From: Bacillota bacterium
GTDB lineage: Bacteria > Bacillota_I > Bacilli_A > RFN20 > CAG-826
Direction: 5' to 3'
Length of the DNA stretch: 34,873 nt
NCBI GenBank assembly: GCA_023457325.1
Contig: JAEWLX010000026.1
Span: 1 to 34,873 of the forward strand
The translations under genes were made by a program, and so were the position numbers. Below are positions 1 through 11,863 of the stretch, piece by piece (the stretch's first letter is position 1; each line of letters starts with the position of its first letter). Under the pieces are notes generated by a model. It ran no database searches. It worked only from the letters and a program-made list of their open reading frames with translations, and was not told the origin of the DNA.

Positions 1-40
1 CAACACGGACAACAAATTCACTACAAAGGAGGAATGTCAC

Positions 41-457
41 GTGAGTAAAAGAATCGCTAAAGTCGTGAAGATGGAACTTCCAGGCGGCGAAGCCAAACCT
101 GGACCGAAACTTGCTTCTGCTGGTGTCATTATGCCGAAGTTCTGTACGGACTTCAATGCTAAGACAGCCGATCGCCGCGGTGAAACCGTTCCGGTTATCA
201 TCACAGCGTATGAAGACAAATCACACGATTTCGTCATCAAAACAACGCCTGTTGCCGAATTGTTAAAGAAAGCAGCCGGTATTGCCAAGGGATCCGCAAA
301 TCCCAAAACTACTAAAGTCGCTCATATTAGTAAAGCTAAATTGCGGGAAATCGCCGAATACAAAATGCCTGATCTCAATTGCAATGATATCGAAGCAGCA
401 CTCAAAGTCATAGAGGGCTCCGCTCGTAACATGGGCATTACGATCGACGAGGATTAG
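41..457 (+). CDS. rplK: 50S ribosomal protein L11
   Basis: 138-aa ORF with a GTG start 8 nt after AGGAGG (27-32). The translation looks like L11 (GGEAKPGPKLASAGV..., VPVIITAYEDKSHDFVIKTTP). It is followed by rplA, as in the canonical L11-L1 pair. Confidence 0.95.
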   Translation: MSKRIAKVVKMELPGGEAKPGPKLASAGVIMPKFCTDFNAKTADRRGETVPVIITAYEDKSHDFVIKTTPVAELLKKAAGIAKGSANPKTTKVAHISKAKLREIAEYKMPDLNCNDIEAALKVIEGSARNMGITIDED

Positions 458-501
458 TGGGAGGGTTTAATACCCGTCTGGACCACCTAGGAGGAAAATA
501 A

Positions 502-1185
502 ATGAAAGTAGGTAAAAAGTACAAGGCCGTTGCAGAACTTGTCGATGCCAACAAACTCTACACCATCGAAGAAGCTGCCGAACTTGTTAAAAAGACTTCC
601 ACTGTGAAGTTTGACGCTACCATCGATGCTTCTTTCCGGCTTAATGTCAATCCCAAACAAGCGGATCAACAAATCAGAGGTACGATTAATCTGCCTCATG
701 GAAATGGTAAGACCAAAAGAATTCTTGCTGTGACCAGTAAAGTCGAAGACGCGAAAGCGGCCGGTGCGGATTTCGCCGGGGGCAAAGAAATGCTCGAAAA
801 AATCCAAAAGGAAAACTGGTTTGATTTTGATGTCATCGTCGCCACACCAGACATGATGGGCGAACTTGGTAAATTAGGCCGTGTTCTCGGACCAAAAGGC
901 TTAATGCCAAACCCGAAAACAGGGACAGTTGCCGTCGACATTTCAAAAGCCGTTCAAGAAATCAAACGTGGCAAAGTCGAATATCGCGTTGACAAGGATG
1001 GAAACATTCATGTTTCAATCGCTCGCGTTAGCTTCGATTCTGCGAAGATTATCGATAATCTCACCGCTTTATGCGATTTGATTGTCAAAGTCCGTCCATC
1101 AAGCGTTAAAGGTACTTATATCAAAAACGCGGTCATTCATACGACCATGGGACCATCGATTAAAATTACGTTCGCTGGTCGCTAA
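502..1185 (+). CDS. rplA: 50S ribosomal protein L1
   Basis: 227-aa ORF with ATG preceded by AGGAGG (489-494). L1-like blocks are present: [47 protein letters not shown]. Confidence 0.95.
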   Translation: MKVGKKYKAVAELVDANKLYTIEEAAELVKKTSTVKFDATIDASFRLNVNPKQADQQIRGTINLPHGNGKTKRILAVTSKVEDAKAAGADFAGGKEMLEKIQKENWFDFDVIVATPDMMGELGKLGRVLGPKGLMPNPKTGTVAVDISKAVQEIKRGKVEYRVDKDGNIHVSIARVSFDSAKIIDNLTALCDLIVKVRPSSVKGTYIKNAVIHTTMGPSIKITFAGR

Positions 1186-1339
1186 ATAATTGTTACGAAG
1201 CACAATATACCATAGACAGCAACGGCCAAGGGGCTTAATCAGGTTGCCGAGGTAGATAAAATATACCCACTAGGGTCCATCACTCAAAGTATATTGGAGC
1301 CTCATAGTCGAAAAACTAAAAAAGGAGGTGAAGAACAAG
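1186..1339 (+). promoter_or_regulatory. rplJ-rplL 5' leader (possible L10-leader autoregulatory RNA)
   Basis: 154-nt non-coding gap between rplA and rplJ, where Bacillota carry the L10(L12)4-binding leader. The call rests on position and length only. I could not fold a convincing kink-turn or terminator by eye. Confidence 0.35.
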
Positions 1340-1828
1340 ATGAATAACGAAGTCTTAAAAGCCAAGGAAGCAGTTGTCAAACAATTAACAGACAAAATGA
1401 ACAATTCTTCAACGCTTGTTATCTTCGAATATCGTGGCATGAATGTCGCTGATATCACAAGCTTACGTCGTGCATTGCGCGCTGAAGGCACGGAAATCGG
1501 CGTTTATAAAAACACGATGATCGAAAGAGCAGCCGAAAGTCTTGGTCACAAAGATTTAATTCAACACCTAACCGGTCCAAATGCATTCGCTTTTTCTAGC
1601 GATATCATCGCCGGACCCAAAGTATTAGCTAAATTTGCCAAGCGCAATGAAAAGTTAGTAATTAAGGGTGGTCTCGTTGAAGGAAGAGTCGTCGATGCAA
1701 AACAAATTGTCGCCCTCGCTTCAATTCCGGGACGTGAAGGTCTAATCTCTATGTTCTTATCGGTGCTACAAGCACCAGTCCGCCAATTTGCATGTGCCGT
1801 CAAGGGCATTGCGGACAAAGCCAATTAA
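1340..1828 (+). CDS. rplJ: 50S ribosomal protein L10
   Basis: The ORF track starts at GTG 1328, but that codon overlaps the GGAGG (1324-1328). In-frame ATG 1340 lies 11 nt downstream and gives MNNEVLKAKEAVV..., a typical L10 N-terminus. L10 blocks present: FEYRGMNVADITSLRRALR. Confidence 0.9.
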   Translation: MNNEVLKAKEAVVKQLTDKMNNSSTLVIFEYRGMNVADITSLRRALRAEGTEIGVYKNTMIERAAESLGHKDLIQHLTGPNAFAFSSDIIAGPKVLAKFAKRNEKLVIKGGLVEGRVVDAKQIVALASIPGREGLISMFLSVLQAPVRQFACAVKGIADKAN

Positions 1829-1851
1829 TGTCACAGTAGGAGGAATATCAA

Positions 1852-2226
1852 ATGGCTAAATTAACCAAAGAGGAAATTATTGCCTCATTAAAAGAAATGA
1901 CCGTTCTTGAACTCAATGAACTCGTCAAAGCAGTAGAAGAAGAATTCGGCGTTACCGCCGCAGCCCCAACGGCTGTTGCCGCACCTGTCGAAGAAGAAGC
2001 AGAAGCAAAAGGACCAACCGATGTCAATCTCGTTCTCAAGGCTGTCGGCATGTCCAAAGTCGCCGTCATTAAGGCTGTTCAAGCCATTACTGGCTTAGGA
2101 CTAATGGATGCCAAGAAACTCGTCGATGGCGCTCCTGTCAATATTAAAGAACACATCTCACCTGTCGAAGCTGAAGAGCACAAAAAGGCTCTTGTTGCTG
2201 CCGGTGCTGAAGTCGAAGTCAAATAA
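1852..2226 (+). CDS. rplL: 50S ribosomal protein L7/L12
   Basis: 124 aa with AGGAGG upstream. It has the Ala/Glu-rich hinge ([18 protein letters not shown]) and a C-terminal domain ([27 protein letters not shown]...) typical of L7/L12. Confidence 0.96.
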   Translation: MAKLTKEEIIASLKEMTVLELNELVKAVEEEFGVTAAAPTAVAAPVEEEAEAKGPTDVNLVLKAVGMSKVAVIKAVQAITGLGLMDAKKLVDGAPVNIKEHISPVEAEEHKKALVAAGAEVEVK

Positions 2227-2239
2227 CATTGATTACATA

Positions 2240-2275
2240 ATCCGCTTACATTAGGCGGATTTTCGGCTTTTTTGC
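2240..2275 (+). terminator. Rho-independent terminator after rplL
   Basis: Stem AATCCGCTT / AGGCGGATT (2240-2248 / 2254-2262, one G-U pair) with a 5-nt loop. It is followed by TTTCGGCTTTTTT. Confidence 0.7.
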
Positions 2276-2490
2276 ACTCGTTAAAATGCGCGAAATAGTG
2301 GATGCGGTTGCTAATAATCTTGCTTCCGCATCCAAAAAGCGCTTCCGAATTCGATCCGAGTCACAGCCTTCGAAGTGACAAAACAAACGAAGGATTAAAT
2401 GATTCAATTGTAATTTCCTTGCCAAGTCACAAAGACAACTCAAACGAAATTAGCAAATTGATGGCGGTTTGCCTCCGTGGGGCAATCAGT

Positions 2491-2499
2491 TGGTATGAT
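2491..2499 (+). promoter_or_regulatory. Candidate extended -10 element of an rpoB promoter
   Basis: TGgTATGAT at 2491-2499, 45 nt upstream of the rpoB ATG. Only a poor -35 is present (TTGCCT 2469-2474, 19-nt spacer). Confidence 0.3.
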
Positions 2500-2543
2500 A
2501 CTAACCGTTGCAAGGCAAACATAATTAGAAAAGGAGCCATTAC

Positions 2544-5500
2544 ATGAGTAATATTGAAAACAAACACAAAATGCTTCCGAATAATCGCATTGATTATTCA
2601 AAAATTTCTGGATCACTATCTCTTCCTTACCTAGCTGAGATTCAAACCGAATCGTTCACTTGGTTTAAAGAAGAAGGTCTCAACGAAGTTTTAAAAGAAG
2701 TCTTTCCTATTGAAAACTATACAAACGATGCTCGCATTCACTACAAGGAATGCCGGCTCGAAAAACCTGATTATACATACTTGGAATGTAAAGAACGTGA
2801 CTTAACATACAGTGCTGCATTGCGTGTTACCTTACGTCTTGAACTCCAAAAGACAGGCGAGATTAAAGAAGCTGAAGTCTTTATGGGTGATTTACCCTTA
2901 ATGACTGATAGCGGCACCTTTGTCGTCAATGGCGCTGAGCGCGTCATCGTCTCGCAACTTGTCCGTTCTCCTGGTGCTTACCTAAGTAAGAATCTTGAAA
3001 AAACCGGCAAATATACTTATAACGCCGATTTAATTCCGACTCGTGGCACGTGGCTCGAATTTGAAGCCGATCAAAAAGATTTGATTTGGGTTCGTATTGA
3101 CCGTCAACGCAAAATGAATGGAACCGTTTTACTCAAGGCCCTTGGTTTTGAAGATACCAATGAGATTCTTAAACTGTTTGGTAATCGCCCAATGCTTGTT
3201 AATACAATTGAAAAAGATAAAGATGTTAAGACATCTCGCGATGCTCTTGTTGAAATCTTCCGTAAATTGAAACCTGGCGAACCAATAACCAATGAAGGTG
3301 TTAAGTTATTCGTTATTCAGAAGTTTTTTGATCAGAAGCGTTATGACCTAGGTCGTGCCGGTCGCTTTAAATATCGCAACAAACTCGGTGTTTATAACCG
3401 TTTAGCAGGTCGCATTCTTGCTCAAGATCTTGTATCCCACGAAGGTGAAGTCTTATTTAAAAAAGACTATCGCCTCACAAAGCTGGATGTTGATCATCTT
3501 CGCGATATCGAATTTTTTGAAAAAGGCGCGCATCAAAAGAATTTAAAAATTAATAAAGACCTCGATGAAAACGGCCGTGTTAACATTGTTAAAGTTTATG
3601 TTAGTGATAAAAAAGACGTGACCGCAAATATTATCGGTACCGATCTTAACCAAACACTACCACGCGTCACTATCTCTGATATCGTCGCCACCTTCTCATA
3701 TTTCATGAATGTGATTGATGGGTTTGGTGACACCGACGATATTGACCATCTTGGTAATCGTCGCATTCGTTGTGTCGGTGAATTGATTCAAACGCAATTC
3801 CGTATCGGCTTAACGAAAATGGCAAAAACGGTTCAACAGAAGATGTCAATCTCGGAAATGGAAAGCGTCAGTGTTCAGTCGTTAATTAACATTCGTCCGT
3901 TAACTTCCAGCATTCGTGAATTCTTTGCCAGTTCACAACTCTCACAATTCATGGATCAAACAAACCCATTAGCTGAATTAGCTAATAAACGTCGTTTATC
4001 AGCGCTTGGTCCTGGCGGTTTGACTCGTGATCGCGCCAGCATGGATGTTCGCGACGTTCACCATACTCACTATGGACGTATCTGTCCGATTGAGACACCT
4101 GAAGGTCAAAACATTGGTCTTATTAATAACTTGGCCACTTATGCCAAAATTAACAAATACGGATTCATTGAAACGCCATATCGCCGTGTCGATAAAAAGA
4201 CCCAACGCATTCTTGACGAATCTGAGTACTTATCAGCCGATATGGAAAGATCACACATTATCGCTCAAGCTAATGTCAGTCTTGATGATAACGGCGTTAT
4301 TCTTGATGAATATGTCGTCGCTCGTCACGATGGTAAAAATATCATGGCGCGGCGTGAAGATGTCGATTATATCGACGTCAGCCCCAAACAAATTGTTTCG
4401 ATTGCATCATCTTGCATCCCCTTTCTAGAAAACGACGATACAACGCGTGCTCTCATGGGCGCGAACATGCAACGTCAAGCGCTACCTTTATTAAAGCCAA
4501 GTGCTCCTTTTGTCGGTACCGGCATGGAACATATTGTCGCTCGTGATTCTGGTTTAGCGGTCATCTCGACTGGTGATGGTGTCGTCTCTTATGTCGACAG
4601 CCGCAAAGTCGTTGTTAAGGACAGCAAAAAGAAATCGAAAACGTATCAATTACAAAAATTTGCCCGTTCCAACCAAGGCACATGTATTAACCAAGTTGCC
4701 GTTGTTAAAGTTGGTCAGGAAATTAAAAAAGGCGATATTATTGCTGATGGTCCAGCCATGGAAAATGGCGATTTAGCCCTCGGACAAAATGTTACGATCG
4801 CTTTTATGACTTGGAATGGTTATAACTATGAAGATGCCGTTATTATGTCTGAACGTCTCGTTAAAGACGACTCTTACACCTCGATCCATATTGAAAAATA
4901 TGAGCTCGAGTGCCGAGAGACAAAATTAGGCGCTGAAGAAATTACGCGCGATGTTCCTAACGTCAGCGAGGAAGCAAAGGCTTTCTTGGACGAAAGAGGT
5001 ATCGTCGTACCCGGCGCCGAAGTTAAAGAAGGCGATATTCTCGTTGGTAAAATTACACCTAAAGGTGTAACTGAACCGACTCCTGAAGAAAAACTTCTCA
5101 TGGCGATCTTCTCAGAAAAGACCAAAGAAGGAAAAGACTCCTCGCTTAGAGTTTCTCATGGTGGAGCCGGCATCGTGCTTGATGTCAAAATTTTCTCTCG
5201 TAAAAACGGCGATGAACTTCCACCCGGAGTTAATGAAGTCGTTCGTGTTTATATCGTGCAAAAAAGAAAAATTTCTGAAGGTGACAAGATGTCTGGCCGT
5301 CACGGAAACAAAGGCGTTATATCACGCATTCTCCCTGTCGAAGATATGCCGTTTCTTCCTGATGGCACTCCGGTTGACATCATGCTCAACCCACTTGGCG
5401 TTCCATCGCGTATGAATATTGGTCAAATTTTGGAAATTCATCTTGGTCTAGCTTGTAAAAGACTAGGTATGAAACTGGCCACACCTGTTTTTGATGGCAT

Positions 5501-6107
5501 TACTAATGAAGAGATTTTTGCTCTCATGGAACAAGCTAAGATTGCTCCAGACGGCAAGACAGTTCTCTACGATGGCCGGACTGGTGAACGCTTCGATGAA
5601 CGTATATCCGTCGGCGTCATGTACATGATTAAACTTGTCCACATGGTCGATGATAAATTACATGCTCGGGCAACTGGTCCGTATTCATTAGTCACACAAC
5701 AGCCGTTAGGTGGTAAAGCCCAAAACGGTGGTCAAAGATTTGGTGAAATGGAAGTGTGGGCTCTCGAAGCTTACGGAGCTGCTCATACTCTTCAAGAATT
5801 ACTGACAATCAAATCCGATGATCGCGTCGGTCGTCGCAAGACTTACGAAGCTATCATTAAAGGATATCCAATTCCTCGCCCAGGAATTCCGGAAGCGTTT
5901 AAGGTTTTAACTAAAGAACTACAGGCGCTTGGTATGGATGTTAAATTGCTTAACACCGAGGGCAACAAAATCGATATGGATGCTCTGGCTAAAGAAACCC
6001 AAATCGAAGAAAGAAAGATTAACTCCACGATTCGTTCTCTTACAAGAGAAGGCGTTGCTGATAACATTACCAGCGACAGCGATGAATTAGCTGAGTTATT
6101 AAGTTAA
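2544..6107 (+). CDS. rpoB: DNA-directed RNA polymerase subunit beta
   Basis: 1187 aa with AAGGAG upstream. Unmistakable beta-subunit blocks: [85 protein letters not shown]. Confidence 0.99.
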   Translation: MSNIENKHKMLPNNRIDYSKISGSLSLPYLAEIQTESFTWFKEEGLNEVLKEVFPIENYTNDARIHYKECRLEKPDYTYLECKERDLTYSAALRVTLRLELQKTGEIKEAEVFMGDLPLMTDSGTFVVNGAERVIVSQLVRSPGAYLSKNLEKTGKYTYNADLIPTRGTWLEFEADQKDLIWVRIDRQRKMNGTVLLKALGFEDTNEILKLFGNRPMLVNTIEKDKDVKTSRDALVEIFRKLKPGEPITNEGVKLFVIQKFFDQKRYDLGRAGRFKYRNKLGVYNRLAGRILAQDLVSHEGEVLFKKDYRLTKLDVDHLRDIEFFEKGAHQKNLKINKDLDENGRVNIVKVYVSDKKDVTANIIGTDLNQTLPRVTISDIVATFSYFMNVIDGFGDTDDIDHLGNRRIRCVGELIQTQFRIGLTKMAKTVQQKMSISEMESVSVQSLINIRPLTSSIREFFASSQLSQFMDQTNPLAELANKRRLSALGPGGLTRDRASMDVRDVHHTHYGRICPIETPEGQNIGLINNLATYAKINKYGFIETPYRRVDKKTQRILDESEYLSADMERSHIIAQANVSLDDNGVILDEYVVARHDGKNIMARREDVDYIDVSPKQIVSIASSCIPFLENDDTTRALMGANMQRQALPLLKPSAPFVGTGMEHIVARDSGLAVISTGDGVVSYVDSRKVVVKDSKKKSKTYQLQKFARSNQGTCINQVAVVKVGQEIKKGDIIADGPAMENGDLALGQNVTIAFMTWNGYNYEDAVIMSERLVKDDSYTSIHIEKYELECRETKLGAEEITRDVPNVSEEAKAFLDERGIVVPGAEVKEGDILVGKITPKGVTEPTPEEKLLMAIFSEKTKEGKDSSLRVSHGGAGIVLDVKIFSRKNGDELPPGVNEVVRVYIVQKRKISEGDKMSGRHGNKGVISRILPVEDMPFLPDGTPVDIMLNPLGVPSRMNIGQILEIHLGLACKRLGMKLATPVFDGITNEEIFALMEQAKIAPDGKTVLYDGRTGERFDERISVGVMYMIKLVHMVDDKLHARATGPYSLVTQQPLGGKAQNGGQRFGEMEVWALEAYGAAHTLQELLTIKSDDRVGRRKTYEAIIKGYPIPRPGIPEAFKVLTKELQALGMDVKLLNTEGNKIDMDALAKETQIEERKINSTIRSLTREGVADNITSDSDELAELLS

Positions 6108-6120
6108 GGAGGTAGAAACA

Positions 6121-9100
6121 ATGTTTGATGTTAATAGATTAGCCGCTCTGCAAGTCGGCCTTGCCTCCCCTGAAAATATTCGTTCATGGTCGCATGGCGA
6201 AGTTCTCAAACCCGAAACCATCAACTACCGGAGTCAAAAACCGGAAGCCCAAGGTCTTTTCTGTGAGAAGATTTTTGGTCCTAGTAAAGATTACGAATGT
6301 CATTGTGGTAAATACAAAAAGATTCGTTTTCAAGGCATTACTTGTGAAAAGTGTGGTGTCGAAGTTATTTCTAAAGAAGTTCGTCGTGAAAGAATGGGCC
6401 ACATTGAGCTCGCTTCACCTTGCACTCACATTTGGTATTTAAAAGGTATTCCCAGCCGAATTGGTCTCATTCTTGATATTCCTCCCAAACAACTTGAGGA
6501 AATCAACTATTTCGTGGCTCACGTTTGCCTAAATCCGGGAAATAGCAATGTATTGTACTATCGTCAATTCTTAGATGAGAGAACCGCACGTCAAGAATTT
6601 GTGGCCACAATTCGTGAATTTCAACCGATGTTAGACAAAGAAAGTGCTGACTTCTTTAAAAGTGAAGATTTGATTGAAAGGATGCAAAATCCTCAGGAAA
6701 CGTTTGATTTTTTCACCGTTTCTGATTTTATTTCCAAGTATACCAACGCTGAATTTGGCGAAGGTGCTGCGGCAATCAAACGCCTTTTAAGAGAAGTGAA
6801 CCTTAACGAAGAATTCAAAAGCATTAACAACAAATTAAAAGATTGTAGTGCTCAAAGCCGCATTAAATTATCCAAGCGTCTCGAAGTCATTGAAGCCTTC
6901 CGCAATTCCGACAATCGTCCGGAATGGATGGTGCTTGATGTTCTTCCGGTTATTCCTCCGGATCTTCGTCCGATGCTCCAATTGGATGGTGGCCGATTTG
7001 CCGCATCCGATTTGAATGATTTATATCGCCGCGTTATTACTCGTAATACACGCCTTAAAAAACTGATTGATATGAACGCCCCTTACGTTATCTTGATGAA
7101 CGAAAAACGTATGCTTCAAGAAGCGGTGGATGCCTTAATTGATAACGGCAGAAGAAATAAGCCCGTTGTCGGTTCCGGCGGACGGCCTCTTAAATCACTG
7201 TCAAGTTCGTTAAAGGGTAAACAAGGACGTTTCCGTCAAAATTTACTTGGTAAGCGCGTTGACTATTCCGGCCGTTCCGTTATTGCCGTCGGACCAGATT
7301 TAAAAATGTATCAATGTGGACTTCCAAGAGAGATGGCTGTTCAGCTTTTACGTCCCTTTATCGCTTCCGTTTTAATTAAAGAAAATTACGTTAACGCTCA
7401 TCGTCAAGCCGATAAAATCATCGATCGTTACGATGCAGTTGTCTTCGACATTCTTGAACGGATTATTAGCGATCACCCTGTTTTATTAAACCGTGCTCCG
7501 ACGTTGCACCGACTTGGCATTCAGGCTTTCCAACCTAAACTAGTTGATGGTCGGGCCATTCGTCTTCACCCTCTTGTTTGTACGGGATTTAATGCTGACT
7601 TTGATGGCGACCAAATGGCTGTTCACGTTCCGTTAAGCAAATCCGCTCAACACGAAGCGCTTGAACTCATGCTCGCTAGCAATAATATCCTTGGTCCAAA
7701 AGATGGTCGTCCAATCGTTACTCCTTCTCAAGATATGGTTCTTGGTAACTATTACTTGACGCTTGAAGAAACGAAAGAACAACTGGCTGCTCGTAGCAAA
7801 CGCCGTCTCGATAAAGGCGATGTTGAAGAATACGAACGCTTTGCGACATACGCTAATGCCGAAGGCAAAGTATTTAGAAGTATCGATGAAGCTGTGCTCG
7901 CATACGAAACACATCAAGTTCACTTACATAGCCGTGTCGCTATTCGCGCCAGTGCCTTAGTCAAGATGGGTTTCACCAAAGAAATGAATGATTCTTATCT
8001 CATTACAACGGTTGGAAAAATCATTTTTAACCTTATTTTCCCAGCTGACTTCCCATACTTAAATGATGCCAGCGCTGAAAATTTAAAAGGTGATTTACAA
8101 CGCTTCTTTGTTCCAAAGGGAACAGATATTGTCGAATACATTCACAAACAACCATTAGTTCCGCCATTTACTAAAAAGCATTTGGGGAATATTATTAACG
8201 AGATTTTTAGCCGCTATGGAACCTCAAAAACATCAGCCGTTCTCGATAAGATGAAAGATATTGGTTTCAAATACGCGACTATTGCCGGTGTTACTATTTC
8301 TATCAGCGACATTAATGTCGTTAGCGACAAAGAACAGCTCCTTAAAGATGGAGATAGTCGTGTCGAAGAAATCACGGAAATGTTCAATCGTGGTTTATTA
8401 ACCGATAACGAAAGACATAATCATGTCGTTGATGTTTGGACTGAAGTTCGTGACTCGGTACAAAGAGACCTATCGAAGCAATTCGAAAAAGATTCCCGCA
8501 ATCCAATCTTTATGATGTCGGACAGCGGTGCTCGCGGTAATATTTCTAACTTTACTCAGCTAGCAGGTATGCGTGGTTTGATGTCAAACCCAAAAGGTGA
8601 CACCATCGAACTTCCAATTAAGTCGTGCTTCCGTGAAGGTCTAACTGTTTCTGAGTTCTTTATTGCGACACACGGTGCTCGTAAGGGCGGCGCTGATACT
8701 GCGCTTAAAACAGCCGACTCCGGCTATTTGACCCGTCGTCTTGTCGACGTCAGCCAAGATGTCATCGTCCGCGAAGAAGATTGCCACACTGATCATGGGC
8801 ATGTTGTCTCAGAGATTATTGATTCTAGTCGTGACACGGTTATCGTTCCATTATATGACCGCCTTGTCGGCCGTTATACCATTCACGATGTAATCGATCC
8901 TAAAACGGGCGAAGTTCTCGTTGCTGAAAATTCAATGATTAACGAAGAAACGGCGCGCAATATCGTCGAATCCGGTATTAAACAAGTCGAAATTCGTTCA
9001 CTATTTGGTTGTCAAACCCGCGATGGTGTTTGCCGTCATTGCTATGGTCGCAATTTGGCGACAGGAAAAGAAGTCAGTATCGGCGAAGCTGTCGGTATCA

Positions 9101-9978
9101 TGGCTGCTCAATCAATCGGCGAACCAGGTACGCAATTGACGATGAGAACATTCCATACTGGCGGTGTTGCTGGTAGCGATATCACGCAAGGTCTACCTCG
9201 TGTTCAAGAATTAGTTGAAGCGCGCGTTCCTAAAGGCGAATCTATGATTTCGGAAATAACTGGAACAATTAGCGAAATCGAGGAAACAGGCGGTCGTTAT
9301 CGCGTTGTTGTTAAAAGCGATCTCGAAGAAAGAGAATACCTATCCAACTACGGAGCACGCCTCCGTGTTAAAAAGGGCGACAAAATTAGAAATGGTGGTA
9401 AAATCACCGAAGGTGCTATCTCGCCGAAGAAACTTCTCGAAGTCAGTGATGTCGCTGCCGTCGAACGCTACATTCTAAAAGAAATTCAAAAAGTGTATCG
9501 TCTCCAAGGTATCGGTATTTCTGATAAGCACATCGAGGTTATTATTCGTCAGATGTTGCGCAAAGTCGCCATCATTGAAGGCGGAGATACAAACATGCTC
9601 CCTGGCACGCTCGTCGAACTTGATGAGTTTACCGAAAAGAATGAAGAAGCGCTTCTATCCGGAAGACATCCGGCAGTTGCGCGTCCAGTCATTCTTGGTA
9701 TAACCAAAGCCTCACTTCAAACAAAGTCTTTCCTCTCCGCGGCTTCATTCCAAGAAACGACACGTGTTTTAACTGATGCAGCGCTAAAGGCTAAGACAGA
9801 TATTCTCCACGGCCTTAAAGAAAACGTTATCACTGGAAAATTGATTCCAGCGGGACGGGGACTTTCTTCCGATGAAGAAGAAGAGGTTTTAATTGAGAAC
9901 TTCTCGGTCCGTGAGAAAATGAAGGAAGTTAAGCAACAGTATATTGAAGTTCACGATCGTCCTGACGATCTCGAATAA
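6121..9978 (+). CDS. rpoC: DNA-directed RNA polymerase subunit beta'
   Basis: 1285 aa with AAGGAGG upstream. It has the Zn-finger CHCGKYKK...CEKCGVEV, the catalytic [14 protein letters not shown], and bridge-helix/trigger-loop blocks ([42 protein letters not shown]). Confidence 0.99.
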   Translation: MFDVNRLAALQVGLASPENIRSWSHGEVLKPETINYRSQKPEAQGLFCEKIFGPSKDYECHCGKYKKIRFQGITCEKCGVEVISKEVRRERMGHIELASPCTHIWYLKGIPSRIGLILDIPPKQLEEINYFVAHVCLNPGNSNVLYYRQFLDERTARQEFVATIREFQPMLDKESADFFKSEDLIERMQNPQETFDFFTVSDFISKYTNAEFGEGAAAIKRLLREVNLNEEFKSINNKLKDCSAQSRIKLSKRLEVIEAFRNSDNRPEWMVLDVLPVIPPDLRPMLQLDGGRFAASDLNDLYRRVITRNTRLKKLIDMNAPYVILMNEKRMLQEAVDALIDNGRRNKPVVGSGGRPLKSLSSSLKGKQGRFRQNLLGKRVDYSGRSVIAVGPDLKMYQCGLPREMAVQLLRPFIASVLIKENYVNAHRQADKIIDRYDAVVFDILERIISDHPVLLNRAPTLHRLGIQAFQPKLVDGRAIRLHPLVCTGFNADFDGDQMAVHVPLSKSAQHEALELMLASNNILGPKDGRPIVTPSQDMVLGNYYLTLEETKEQLAARSKRRLDKGDVEEYERFATYANAEGKVFRSIDEAVLAYETHQVHLHSRVAIRASALVKMGFTKEMNDSYLITTVGKIIFNLIFPADFPYLNDASAENLKGDLQRFFVPKGTDIVEYIHKQPLVPPFTKKHLGNIINEIFSRYGTSKTSAVLDKMKDIGFKYATIAGVTISISDINVVSDKEQLLKDGDSRVEEITEMFNRGLLTDNERHNHVVDVWTEVRDSVQRDLSKQFEKDSRNPIFMMSDSGARGNISNFTQLAGMRGLMSNPKGDTIELPIKSCFREGLTVSEFFIATHGARKGGADTALKTADSGYLTRRLVDVSQDVIVREEDCHTDHGHVVSEIIDSSRDTVIVPLYDRLVGRYTIHDVIDPKTGEVLVAENSMINEETARNIVESGIKQVEIRSLFGCQTRDGVCRHCYGRNLATGKEVSIGEAVGIMAAQSIGEPGTQLTMRTFHTGGVAGSDITQGLPRVQELVEARVPKGESMISEITGTISEIEETGGRYRVVVKSDLEEREYLSNYGARLRVKKGDKIRNGGKITEGAISPKKLLEVSDVAAVERYILKEIQKVYRLQGIGISDKHIEVIIRQMLRKVAIIEGGDTNMLPGTLVELDEFTEKNEEALLSGRHPAVARPVILGITKASLQTKSFLSAASFQETTRVLTDAALKAKTDILHGLKENVITGKLIPAGRGLSSDEEEEVLIENFSVREKMKEVKQQYIEVHDRPDDLE

Positions 9979-9990
9979 CAAAAAAGTTTA

Positions 9991-10016
9991 GGCGGTTTGC
10001 ACCGCCTTTTCTTTTT
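9991..10016 (+). terminator. Rho-independent terminator after rpoC
   Basis: Perfect GGCGGT / ACCGCC stem (9991-9996 / 10001-10006) with loop TTGC, followed by TTTTCTTTTT. Confidence 0.8.
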
Positions 10017-10048
10017 GAATAAAATATTAAAAATAATTGCGATTTCGT

Positions 10049-10076
10049 TTGACAACCTAGTCTTCTTTGCTATAAT
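10049..10076 (+). promoter_or_regulatory. Sigma-A type promoter of the first protease-like lipoprotein gene
   Basis: Consensus TTGACA (10049-10054), a 16-nt spacer, and extended -10 TGcTATAAT (10068-10076). An A/T-rich UP-like tract lies upstream (10021-10040). Confidence 0.7.
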
Positions 10077-10161
10077 AACTACACTTATTAGACTTAACTA
10101 TGTTAATGTTTCCCTGACATTTATCATATTTCGCTAATAATGAATTAAGGGGGTTAATCTT

Positions 10162-11757
10162 ATGAAACCTAACAAAATTTCTGCAATCGCCGTCCTCTCG
10201 CTTTTTGTATTAACAAGCTGCGGACCGGAACCTGGCGATAATTACTATCGTTTTAACGATAAAGACGAGGCGGTTACCTTGGCTCAAGCCAGAAAAGGTA
10301 GTTATAAAAGCGATATGCCACGTTTAGGCGAATCCCGTGTCCTAGTTGTGCCGGTTGAATTTTCCGACTACCCTGCCTCAGATATGCTTCGTGGAGCCGA
10401 AGGTGCCCGTGAAGATTTAGAAAAAGCCTATTTTGGCGAATCAGAAGATACACAATGGGAATCATTGAGCAGTTATTACGCTAAGTCAAGTTATGGCAAA
10501 GTTAATATTACTGGGCAAGTTATGCCATGGTATCGTCCTTCACATCGCGATTCTCCAACTCAGTGGTACTCAACCAATGAAATCGTTAATAGCTTTGGAA
10601 CATCAGATGGTGATTCAGGTATTGCGCGGTTAATTTTGAGCTGGATTTATGAAGATTACTATATCAACGATTTGTGGGATGGACTCAGCGATGACGAAGG
10701 AAATCCTTACACTAGTCGCAGCCATTTCTTTAAGGACTATGATGGTGATGGCGACGGCTTTATCGATGTCATTCAAATGGTTTATAGTGCCCCTATTCAG
10801 CACTTAGACAGCGATTTATTCTGGGCTTTCCGCTCGGCCGACACATCAGGTAATCCTAATAAAAACACTCCTGGGCCATGCGCCTTTATCTGGCTAGGTT
10901 ATGATTTCATTTATGAAAATGGTTATTACGATGATCTTGGCGTTTATAAAAACTGGACTGATGCAGAAATTATTAATGGCACAGCCAAGATTGATGCGCA
11001 TACAATCATTCATGAAACCGGTCACGCCCTTGGTGCAGATGACTACTATACCTACGATTCCAAAGATTGGGGTCCATTGGGTGGAACCGATATGATGGAT
11101 TATAACGTTGGTGATCACAATGCTTATACCAAAGGTATCTTTGGTTGGGCTGATCCAATCGTTGTGACTGGTGAAGCGACAGTTACAGTTAAATCGTTCA
11201 CCGACACGGGCGAGGCGATTGTCTTGCCAGCCTATCGTCAAGATGGTCAAGTTAATAACTCATTGCTTGATAATTACATCATGATTGAATACTATCGTCC
11301 AACTGGTCTTAACGAGATGGATGCTACTTATAATTACACTGGTAGCTATCCGAAGATGCCTAATGTTCCTGGCATACGTGTGTACCACGTCGATTCCCGT
11401 CTTGGACTATATACATACGGTAGTGTATCCGGTTGGCAATTTGTTCGCTATGTCTCAGAAGTAACGGGTACTGACGACAATTCATACATTGATATTGCTA
11501 ACTCCAATACAAAGTCACGTAGTGCTAATCCAAATTTCCGGTTGATTCACGCTCTTGAAGTCAGCGGACAAAATACGCTAAAAAACAGCTCTTTCCGTGT
11601 CAATTATAATAGCAGCATGATGTGGCAAGAAGGTGACACTTTTGGTGTTGATACCTTCGTCGGCTTCACTCTTAATAACGGTAATAAACTCGGCTATAAA
11701 TTCGAAGTTACCGACATGAACGATGAAGATGCGACAATAAAATTTAGTCTCGCCTAA
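10162..11757 (+). CDS. Lipoprotein with M6 (immune inhibitor A-like) zinc-metalloprotease domain, paralog 1 of 4
   Basis: 531 aa with SD AAGGGGG. Signal peptide with lipobox VLTSC. It has VLVVPVEFSDYP, WESLSSYYAKSSYGKV, a DGDGDGFID loop, HETGHALGADDYY (HETGH codons 11011-11025), DMMDY and YHVDSRL. The HExxHxxGxxD plus SYGK blocks fit the M6 family domain. Confidence 0.8.
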   Translation: MKPNKISAIAVLSLFVLTSCGPEPGDNYYRFNDKDEAVTLAQARKGSYKSDMPRLGESRVLVVPVEFSDYPASDMLRGAEGAREDLEKAYFGESEDTQWESLSSYYAKSSYGKVNITGQVMPWYRPSHRDSPTQWYSTNEIVNSFGTSDGDSGIARLILSWIYEDYYINDLWDGLSDDEGNPYTSRSHFFKDYDGDGDGFIDVIQMVYSAPIQHLDSDLFWAFRSADTSGNPNKNTPGPCAFIWLGYDFIYENGYYDDLGVYKNWTDAEIINGTAKIDAHTIIHETGHALGADDYYTYDSKDWGPLGGTDMMDYNVGDHNAYTKGIFGWADPIVVTGEATVTVKSFTDTGEAIVLPAYRQDGQVNNSLLDNYIMIEYYRPTGLNEMDATYNYTGSYPKMPNVPGIRVYHVDSRLGLYTYGSVSGWQFVRYVSEVTGTDDNSYIDIANSNTKSRSANPNFRLIHALEVSGQNTLKNSSFRVNYNSSMMWQEGDTFGVDTFVGFTLNNGNKLGYKFEVTDMNDEDATIKFSLA

Positions 11758-11776
11758 TCATTAGTCAAAATCGATT

Positions 11777-11806
11777 AACCTTCCACATCGGTGGGAGGTT
11801 TTTCTT
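11777..11806 (+). terminator. Rho-independent terminator after paralog 1
   Basis: 10-bp stem AACCTTCCAC / GTGGGAGGTT (one G-U) with loop ATCG, followed by TTTCTT. Confidence 0.7.
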
Positions 11807-11863
11807 ATAGATAAACGCATTGTAATTGCATCAGATGGCGAAGAATGCTATCTTTAGATAGTT

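Noticed and set aside
2302-2547. 81-aa + strand ORF in the rplL-rpoB spacer
   Set aside because: It has no SD, and its product has no recognisable fold or similarity. It overlaps the rpoB SD and start, and it lies in a region better explained as a structured leader.
4027-4428. Alternative-frame + strand ORFs inside rpoB, fusA (17639-18067) and binding protein B (28931-29350)
   Set aside because: They overlap conserved coding frames, lack an SD, and have products without recognisable features.
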